Assembly (NCBI RefSeq): GCF_016432865.1
Contig: NC_067401.1
Span: forward strand, 39,432,001 to 39,496,000
Length of the DNA: 64,000 bases
Source: Antechinus flavipes
Taxonomy: Eukaryota
Direction of reading: 5' to 3'
Below the pieces are notes generated by a model. It saw only the letters and a list, made by a program, of their open reading frames with translations. It searched no databases and was not told the origin of the DNA. Numbering within the stretch: position 1 is the stretch's first letter; each line of letters opens with the position of its first letter. Positions 36,601 to 46,300 of the stretch are shown one piece after another. A program made the position numbers and the translations under genes.

Positions 36601-38663
36601 GAACCCTAACTTTCTGGGAGGCTTTTTCGGGGTATTATCTTCTGTACACAGATTGGGGGGCGGGATATGATTTCCGAGATCTGATCGGGGGGGAATGGGG
36701 TGCCATGTCTAAAGTGAATTGAATCGATGGGCTAAGCCCTGTGTCACCTCAACCTTCGGAAATCGGGGCACCAAAATTTGGAGGGGATGGGCAAGGGCGG
36801 GCGGCGGGGGTGGGGGGAAGAGGAGAGAGAGAAGTCATTCCTGGACCTTGATATCTTTTAGCTGAGCCACCTTTCCTAAGGAAGAGGAGACTTGCGTCCT
36901 GGAGGGAGGGACCCCGGGCCCCAGCTCAGAATAATCGGCTCTGAGGGTGCTATTTGGACAAGTCCTTTTTCTCCGGAAGGGTTGCGACCCCAGCCCCAAT
37001 CCCAAAGCCATCCTCGGACTTTGTTATTTAGGTTGCCACTGAAGAGGGCAGAAATGGTAGCCTCCAGTTGTGGGCCTCGCTGACTAGCAGTTTAGTTCCG
37101 TCTCCCCTAAACCTTCTCGCAGATTACCTCCAGCCCCTCTCCCTCTGTTCTTCCAAAGCCCTATATCTGCTGGCCTATCCTCTGGTTTCCCCCAGCCCCT
37201 GTCAACTCCTGCCTACAGGCACCCCCTCCCAAGCCCCTCCTCTCGCTAACGTGGCTCTGGGACAGAGTCCCAGGCAGCAGACATTCACCCCCGGCCCCCG
37301 GCCTCTATGTTTGGAGCTTCAGAGATGGAAAGGGGGGGTCAGTTAGGAGATTTCTCCATCTGTTGGCACAATGCCCACTTCATGCAGGGGTCTAGACACC
37401 TGGATTATCCTTGCTCCGGGATGACGGGAATGGTAGAGTCACTGTTTATTTAGAACCAGAGAAGAGAGGGAGGGGGAAATGTCTGAGAGAGGGTATAGTT
37501 CTCTTAAGCCCCTCCTCAGTAAAGCCCCCCTTCTCTGAAAGGAAGGGGGCAGGGGGCTGGACTACAGGGCTGATGGTTTCCTGCTATTGTCCCAGGGTGG
37601 GAGCCCACCCCCCCCACATCCCTCCTGCCAGACTCTTTGGCTGGGACCCCAGCCACTCCCCAGAGGTGGCTTTGAGCCTGAGGCGAGAAGAGGGGCCAGC
37701 TTCCTCTTCTCCACAGGAGGTGAGCCCAGGCGAGCTTGGCCCCAGTGAGATCTGGCTGGTGGAGAGACTCAGGATGCTGATTCCTCCTCTTCTCCAGTCC
37801 CACCTTGCTCATTATTCCCCACCCCCACCCCATACAACATGCACCCCCGAATATTGCCACAACGGCACTCAGAGGCCGCGGTCAGGGTGGGGGTGGCTGA
37901 TGTCAGGGCCAGCAGAGAGGGTTTTTTAAGAACCCCTTTAGGCCCCGGCAGGAGGTGATCTCCTGCTAATGCCAGCAAGAAGCTGCAGAGGGCTCCCCTG
38001 GCCCTGCAGGTGAGAGTGAAGGTGCAGGGTAGAGCCAACCAGAGGCAGTTTTCCGGCCAGGCCAAGCCAGACGAAGCCTGGGAACTAGGGGGACGGGCAT
38101 TAGCCGGCCTGGGCAGAAAGCCGCCGAGATTAGGGGCCTCCGCAGACTCTTCGAGGACAGGAACAGGAGCTAATAGGCCTTTGTCGGAGACTAGGAGGCA
38201 CCACCATTGGCCTGATGCTGGGGAGTGGAAGGATGCTGAATGCTTCAAGATGAAAGCATGCAAATGAGATGCAAATAAGCCTCTATTGTCTTGGTTCCCA
38301 GCTTGGGCCTTTTTTGCTAAGTATTTGCAGGATTCTATTGAGGAGGGGTCCTTTTGGGCCCCTTTTTGGGTCTTGTCCTGGCCGCTTCTTTATCTCCTCT
38401 GGGCCGGTCCAGTAGCCTCAGGTGTTCCCTTTGCCCAGTACCTCCCAGGCAGGAAGGGCACCCCAAGAGGCCAGCGCCTGGCAACCCTTTGCTTCTCAAG
38501 CCAAGCTGCAGTCCACAGCGCTCTGTCCTTGGTCCCCCACCTGCTGCTCCCTTCTCTTGACATCTTCATCTTCCATACAATGCCCTTTGCCCTTCGCTGG
38601 GCTCCCCTGTTTCTTCGGAGTGTGGGGGATGGGGCTGACCCCTCATCTCTCCCCTCTTACCAG

Positions 38664-38688
38664 ATCTTCCCAAGAGCCACTGCTCCAG
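38664..38688 (+). other. Candidate 25-nt non-coding 5' UTR microexon of SEMA6C
   Basis: ctcatctctcccctcttaccag|ATCTTCCCAAGAGCCACTGCTCCAG|gtaagc: polypyrimidine acceptor and near-consensus donor. Confidence 0.55.
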
Positions 38689-39579
38689 GTAAGCAAAAGG
38701 GTGTTTCTGGTAGGGAGGTGACAGAAGGGCCTGTGGCCCAGAAAGCAGGGAAGGTCTCTTCCTTGCCCACAGACCAAAGTCATTTCAGGGTGATACTACT
38801 TGTTGTCAAGGGCAACATAATGGTGAGAAGGAAAGGTGTGAGAGTAAGGAAAGGACAACAGGAGAGCTCCCCGGGGGGTGGCAGCATCCTGAAAAGAGGG
38901 GGGTCGTTAGCTGTCTGCCTTCCTCTCAAGGGAGGGGGGTCATCATTAGATGTCTCTGCCCCCTCCCCTCCTTGAGCCCTCTGGGGTCCCTATCTGACGT
39001 TAGACTCCCCCAGATGATGTCATATAGGGGAGGGGACTCTCTCCAGGGGGAGGGAGGGGACACCTGGGTTCCTGGGAAGGGAGCTGGCTGGAGGGGTGGG
39101 GCACAGAAGAGGGGAGCTGGAATCTTGGAACAACAAAATTCCCGGCCCTTATCTCTGGGGGAGAAAGAATAATTGTAAAGGTGTCCATGTTTGCATCTGC
39201 TGAAAGGATACTTGTCTGTTGGGGAGGGCACCTCTCAGTAACCTGCCTCCCCCCCCCCAAGGTTTCAGAGCAGCAGTCTCTGGCAAAAGCCTGAAGTTAC
39301 GACTGTTTCCCCCTCCCCCTCCATCCCCCGTCCAGAGCCCCGTCGGGCCATCTTCTCTTCCCCGCATCTCCCACCCTCACCCCATCCATCTCTCCCCCTG
39401 ACTCCGGCTCGCTGCCGGCTGAATTATTTATATGTTAATTTCAGAGGCAGCCTGATCTGGAGGGAAAGGAGAAGAGGAGGCCGGCCAGCCCTTCCTCCCC
39501 ACGGGGGGTGCTTCCCCCCAAAGGCCAATATACTGGGTCAGGGGGGCCAGGGAGAGGAGGAAGGGAGGGGGTCTGGGGA

Positions 39580-39950
39580 GACAGCTGCAGCCAGAACTAA
39601 ATATAGACTTCAGTTTGGCTTCAATGCAGATGCATTTTTGGCTAAGACGGTCCTCCGTCCTGTTGTGAACCTTCAGTCCTGGGCAGCGGCGTCTGCGTCA
39701 GGGCAGCGACCCCCAGCTCCCCTGCCAGTCCCTGAGTGACCATGGGCGCACCTGAAGGTCCAAATGGCCTTTTGTGGACCCGGGATGAGAAGTGGTCACA
39801 GTGTCTCCCTCTCACACACACGCTCACTACGCTGAGGAAGGGCTGTTAGGGGAGGGGAAGAGCAGAGCTCCTTCTCCCTCAAATGGTCCTCAGGAACTAC
39901 TATTTATAATGCGAGGATTCAACACCCCCCCCCCCAGCATCTAATAATAA
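39580..39950. promoter_or_regulatory. Muscle-type enhancer/alternative promoter (3 MEF2 sites plus E-boxes)
   Basis: CAGCTG at 39582-39587; YTA(W)4TAR at 39597-39606, 39900-39909 and 39941-39950. Confidence 0.6.
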
Positions 39951-40394
39951 CAGGGAAGGTTTGATGGACGGGGTGGGGGATGAGGGGAGTCAATCAGAGA
40001 AAGCCAAGGGACCCAGAGAGAGGAACCGAGGGACCAGCAGGGAGGGGGAGGGACATGTCCTGACCTTACCTGAGGTCATAACTTGGGTCTGTCTTTTCCT
40101 GCCGTAGCCGGTTTGTGCCTGTTGGGCCAGATGGAACTTGAGTGACAGTGACAGGCACAGGTGGGACAGGTGTGGGGAAGGATCTCCTCCCCTTCTGGGG
40201 TCCCTTGGGGATAGACCAAGGAGGAGTCGTGTCCATATCCCAAAATATAGAAAACAAACAGCCCTGGTGTCCGCTCCCTTGGCTCTAAGGCTCCCACTGA
40301 GTCCAGCCCCCTCCCCTCACTCTTCTGTTTTCTCTCTTAGGCTTGACATATGGGTGAGAGAGTGCCACCTGAGGCCTGAGCTGGCCTGCCCAGG

Positions 40395-43300
40395 ATGCCC
40401 CGGGGCCCTCCCCTCACCCCTCTGCCGCTCCTGTTCCTGCTGCTCTCCACTCCCTGCACCGGGGCCACCTTCCCCCAGGATCCCCTCCCCCTGGCAACCT
40501 CTGACCTCCAAGGTAAGTGGCACCCGCCCTTCTCCTCCACACTGACCCTTGGCTGACTCAGGTGCCGCCCCCCGAATCCCAGGTCCCCATTCAGATCCTC
40601 TCCCTCGTCTGACCAGGGCGGTCTCCAGGTTAGCTCCAGATATCCATCAGTAATCACTTATTTACTGAGAACATTGGGCTAAATGCTGGGGGAGAGAATG
40701 ACCGTGACCGGTCTCCTTAAGGGACTTTGTCCCCCGGGAGAGGAGAAAAACTAAAAGTCGGGCAACTGGACACAGCAGCGACCCTTAATCACCAATGAGC
40801 CATACAGACAGACAGCACGGGGGGACAGACAGACAGCACGGGGGGGGGGGACAGACAGACAGTGCTGGGGGGGACAGACAGACAGACAGCACGGGGGGAC
40901 AGACAGACAGCACGGGGGGGGCAGACAGACAGCACGGGGGGACAGACAGACAGTGCTGGGGGGACAGACAGTGCTGGGGGGACAGACAGACAGTGCTGGG
41001 GGGACAGACAGTGCTGGGGGGACAGACAGACAGCACGGGGGGACAGACAGACAGCGCGGGGGGACAGACAGACAGTGCTGGGGGGACAGACAGACAGCAC
41101 GGGGGGACAGACAGACAGCGCGGGGGGACAGACAGACAGCACGGGGGGACAGACAGACAGCGCGGGGGGACAGACAGACAGCACGGGGGGACAGACAGAC
41201 AGCGCGGGGGGACAGACAGACAGTGCGGGGGGGACAGACAGGGGGACAGACAGACAGTGCGGGGGGGACAGACAGACAGCACGGGGGGACAGACAGACAG
41301 TGCTGGGGGGACAGACAGACAGCACGGGGGGACAGACAGACAGTGCTGGGGGGACAGACAGACAGCACGGGGGGACAGACAGACAGTGCTGGGGGGACAG
41401 ACAGACAGCACGGGGGGACAGACAGACAGCGCGGGGGGACAGACAGTGCTGGGGGGAGTCCGGGGCCAAGGGTCATAATAGAGGAGCCAGGATTCGGTCT
41501 GACTAGGAGGAAGATTGGGATCTGGACACGTGGCAATGGTGGGAAACATTGTCGCTGAGGGGACGGGGGCGGAAGCCAGGAGGGGGAGGGGAGTGGTAGA
41601 TGACGAGCCTGAAGAGTAGGTTGGTGACCAAGGAGCTGCTCTCTTGGGGGAGGGGGTTAGCTGCCTCCCCCTCCCCCCGTGAGACGTTGGTCCTCCCTCC
41701 CGCTCCTCCCCCGCCAGGCCTGCCGCCCCTCTCCTGGTTCCGGGGCTTGGAGGACGATGCTGTGGCGGGAGAGCTGGGTCTGGACTTCCAGCGGTTCCTG
41801 ATCCTGAACCGGACGCTGCTGGTGGCCGCCCGGTAAGTGAGGGATGCACGGCCTGAGCACAGACGCAGCGCCCGGGAGCACGAGCAGACACGGGCGCAGG
41901 CCCAGGACACGACCGTGATGGGGCTTGTCGGGGGGGTCGCCTGGGTGACCCTGGCCAAGCACGTGGGGGGGGCATTGGACAGCGACCTCTGACCCCTCCC
42001 CTCCTTGCGCCCGCAGGGATCATGTTTTCTCCTTTGATCTTCAAGCTCAAGACTGGGAAGGGCTGGTCCCAGACAAGGTGAGGGGCGAGGGCCGGCCGGT
42101 TCCGGAGTCCGGCAGCGGGGAGGGGGCTCGGGCTCCAGGAGCGGCCCCTTCTTCACAAACCTCTCCCCCCCTTCCATCAGTATCTGACATGGAGGAGTCA
42201 GGACGTGGAGAACTGCGCCGTGCGAGGGAAGCTGAGGGTGAGGGATGGGGCGAGGGACCGGGAGGCGGGCTCTGTGTCCCCGGGCCCCACGCCCTCTTCT
42301 CCCGAGCCCTGTCTTCTCCTTCCTCTCCCAGAACACGGGGGAAACCACCCAAAGGGAGCCATGCTTGGCATGTCCCGTCCCGGCCCTTCTCCTGTCCTTG
42401 GGGATCCCAGAATGCCCGGCCCCCTCTTGCCTCCAGTGACCTTTGACCTCTGGCCCCACCTCCTGGGGCCCCTAGGACGAGTGCTACAACTACATCCGTG
42501 TCCTCGTTCCCCGGGACTCCCGGACCCTCCTTGCCTGCGGGACAAATTCATTCAGCCCCATGTGCCGCAGCTATGGGGTACGGGAGTTGGGGGACGGGGT
42601 TACAGGCGGGGGGCGTGGTACGGAGGGACGTGTTCATGGACAGTAGAGAAGGGGAGGGACGAGCCCAAGGACAGGGTTGGATGTTGGGGTGTTGGATGGA
42701 GGAGGCCCAGGAGGCCATGGAGGGGAGGGGCGGGGCAGAATGAAGAAGGCCCAAGTAGGACCAGGAAGATGAGGACGATGCCTTCGGGTTCCCAAGGACC
42801 TCAGGGTGACGTCTCCCTGTCCCCCCCAGATCTCTTCCCTGCAGCAGGAGGGCGAGGAGCTGAGTGGGCAAGCTCGCTGCCCCTTTGATGCCACACAGTC
42901 CACTGTCGCCATCTTTGCAGGTAAAAAGTGATGGAGCGGTGGGTGAATTGAGAGGCACTAAGCCCCTTCTGCCCCCCCAGCCCCCACCAGCCCCCTTCTT
43001 TGTCATTCTACCCCCTCGGGAATTTTGAGCATGAGTGGAGAATTCCCCGGAAGGAGAAGTGCGGGGGTGGGGAGAGCAGGGGAGAATGTGCGACTCCAAC
43101 GTGGGGCAGACCCGTCACTCCGATGAGCCCCCGCCCCCTCTGAGACCCACAGCGCCCCCCGAGACCCACAGCGCCCCCTCTGAGACCCGCGGCGCCCCCC
43201 CAGACCCGCGGCGCCCCCCGAGGCCCGCGGCGCCCCCTCCCGTGTGCTTTCATTGAGACCCCCTCCCTTCTGTTCATTAGACAGCTAGCAAGCATTTATT

Positions 43301-46300
43301 AAGCGCCTGCTGTGTGCCGGGCGCTGGGCTGAGCGCCGGGGGGCGGGGGCAGTCCGGTCTCTGAGGAGCTCACTGCCCGAGGAGGAGACGCCCGCAGGCG
43401 TCCTTGGCCAGAGTGGGGAGCGGGACGGCAGGAGCGCGGGGGACGGGCAGCGGGACGCGGGTTTCAGCTGGGATTTGACTCGGCCGAGGCCAGGAGATGG
43501 GGACACAGGAGGCCCGTGGCCCTGGGTTCAGGGTCGGGAAGAGGGAGCAAGAAGCTGGGAGAGGGAGGAGGGGCCGGGTCTGGCCCGCCCAGTCCCTTCC
43601 TTCCCGCGGCCTCCCCTGACTTCACCTCCCATCTCCCTCCTTCTCCCCCGCCCTCGGTGACCGCGGGTGCCCCCCCAGAGGGCAGCCTCTACTCCGCCAC
43701 GGCCGCAGATTTTCAGGCCAGCGACGCTGTGGTTTACCGGAGCTTCGGCCCCCAGCCCCCTCTCCGCTCCGCCAAGTACGACTCCAAGTGGCTCCGAGGT
43801 CAGGGGGGACCAGGGCTGGGGAGGGCTGGGGAGGAGCAGGAGTCCCGGAAGGGTGCCGGGGGGGGGGGGCAGCAGGTACCAGGAGCCGGGGGGGGGGGGC
43901 AGCAGGTACCAGGAGCCGGGGGGGGGGGGTTGGAAGAGACCTGTTAGACACTCCCCGTTTCACCGCTCCCTCCCCAGAGCCGCACTTTGTCCATGCCGTG
44001 GAGCACAGGGACCACGTTTACTTCTTTTTCCGAGAAGTCTCTGTGGAGGACGCTCGGCTGGGACGGGTGAGCAGAGGACCCGACCTTGCGGAGGGGAGGA
44101 GGGCGCGGCTCACTCCCAGCCCCCCTTGCCCCGCCCCCAGCACGTGTGCCCCTGCCCCCCCAGGTGCAGTTCTCTCGGGTGGCCCGCGTGTGTAAGCGGG
44201 ACGTCGGCGGCTCCCCCCGGGCCCTGGACCGACACTGGACGTCTTTTCTGAAGCTTCGGCTCAACTGCTCTGTGCCGGGGGACTCCACCTTCTACTTCGA
44301 CGCGCTGCAGGCCCTGACCGGGCCGGTCCCTCTGCACGGCCGCCCTGCTCTTTTCGGGGTCTTCACCACGCAGACCAACAGGTTGGGAGGCATGTGAGGT
44401 GGGCGTGGGAGGGCTGGCCAACGGCCGGCAGGGCCGGTCCCTCCCAGGCACGGTGGGCCCCCTCGGTCAGCGGTGAGGGCGGAGGGAGGAGCTGTCCTGG
44501 GCAGGAACGGCCCCTCTGCAGCCCAGACCCCTTTCCCTCCTTGAAGGCTTCCTGCCCAGCAAGGTGGTGGCTTCTGTTTCCTGGGAGGGGGATGCCTTGC
44601 TTTCTCCAGCCCCAGCTCATAGGGTTCTGTCCCACGCTTCCCTGGCCCCTGTAGCATCCCTGGTTCTGCTGTCTGTGCCTTCTACCTGGATGACGTTGAA
44701 CATGGATTTGAGGGCAAGTTCAAGGAGCAGAGGAGCCCAGATGGAGCCTGGACTCCTGTGCCTGAGGACAGGGTCCCCTCCCCCAGGTACTGATGGGCAG
44801 CTTCAGTGGGGATGGGTCAGTGTCTGTTCAATTCATGCAACTTTTAAGTATCTACCATGGGGAAAGCTCTGGGCAAGAGGGGTAAAGAAAAGAGGTTATG
44901 TTCTATTGGGGTGGAAGGGGTAGGGCTGGAACATAATAAACGAACGCTCAAGAAATACCAGATAAAAATCCTAGGTAAATCTGAGTCTGGAGGGAGAACC
45001 AGGGGCCCGAAAGACTAGAGATCATAGGAGAGGTTGCTGGGAAGAAGGGCCCCCTCGAGCTTTCTTGAAAGAAGAGAAGGCTTTTGAAAGACTAAGATTA
45101 AAAAAGCAATTCCAGCCTTGAAGGAGAGCTTGTATTAACCCAGAGGTGGGAGACCAGGAGCCAAGACCAGGAGCAGGACACAGTCCTGTTTGGCTGGAAT
45201 CTGGTGCCTGCAAAGGGAAGTTATCTCAAATTAAGGTGGAGAAGTTAGAGCCAAGTGCTGAAGGGCCTTAAGTGCTAAGCCAGTGTTTTATGCTTTGTTC
45301 TAGAGGCAGTAGGGAGCCATTGAATATTTTTGAGCAGAAAAGTCATCAGGGTCAGACCCGTGCTTTAGGAATATGATTTGGGCAGCTAGATAGAGGATTG
45401 GTTACAGAGGAAAAAACCAGTCAGGGTACAGCGGCCCAGGTGAGAGGATGGCAGTCCTCAATGCCTGGATGGGAAGGGTGGGATGGGGAGGGAGGGGAGA
45501 GAGCGGAAGGGGATTGACCAGGAGGATGATGGGACTCTTGGCACAGCTAGGGGAGTCTGGGAAAGAGGGTCAAGGTATGTTTGTGGGTGTAGGGGAGATA
45601 TTTAATTCATCTCTGTAAGTCTGAGATGTCCATGGGGTCACCTAGGAAACATCCAGCCGCTAGTTGGAGAATAGCACTGGTTGGGGAGAGATCTTCCAAT
45701 CTAAGGACAGAGGACACGAGGGGGGAGCCTGATTTGGGAGCAGAGAGAGGTTGTAGGTAGCTCCGTGGCTCCCAAGTTGCAGGGATGGGATTGAGGACAG
45801 AAGCAATGGGGGGGACAGAAGCAAGCAGGAGGATCTCAGTGAGGGGACCAGAGAGGTATCCAGGGAACGCTACAGGATCGCCCCGGACCCTGAGCACTGC
45901 CCTCCATGTGTCCCTCAGGCCAGGGTCCTGTGCAGGGCTGGGTAGAGCGGCTTCATTTCCTTCTTCCCGGGATCTCCCTGACGAAGTCCTGACTTTCATC
46001 AAGGCTCACCCTCTTCTGGATCCCGCTGTGCCCCCCGCCACCCACCGGCCCCTTCTCACTCGAACTGGCAGGTATCCAGGGGTAGGAAGACTTGGAGGGA
46101 TTGGGAAGGGGCGAGGTTGGGGAGAGGGAGGAGGGCAAGGTGAGGAGGGTGGCTCCTGGCTTAGCCCTGGCAAATGTGACTCCCAAGGGGAAAGCAGTCA
46201 GGAGATGGAGGCATATAAGGTGACGTGAGTCTGGAGAGCCAACCCCAGTCTCGGGAAAGGAGAGGAAAGGGACTCCCAGCCCTAGTCGACTTGGGGAGGA

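Noticed and set aside
40751-42050. Six long ORFs (200-420 aa), one in every frame, over the minisatellite
   Set aside because: The repeat unit cannot form TAA/TAG/TGA on either strand, so all frames stay open. The peptides are pure repeat translations inside a SEMA6C intron.
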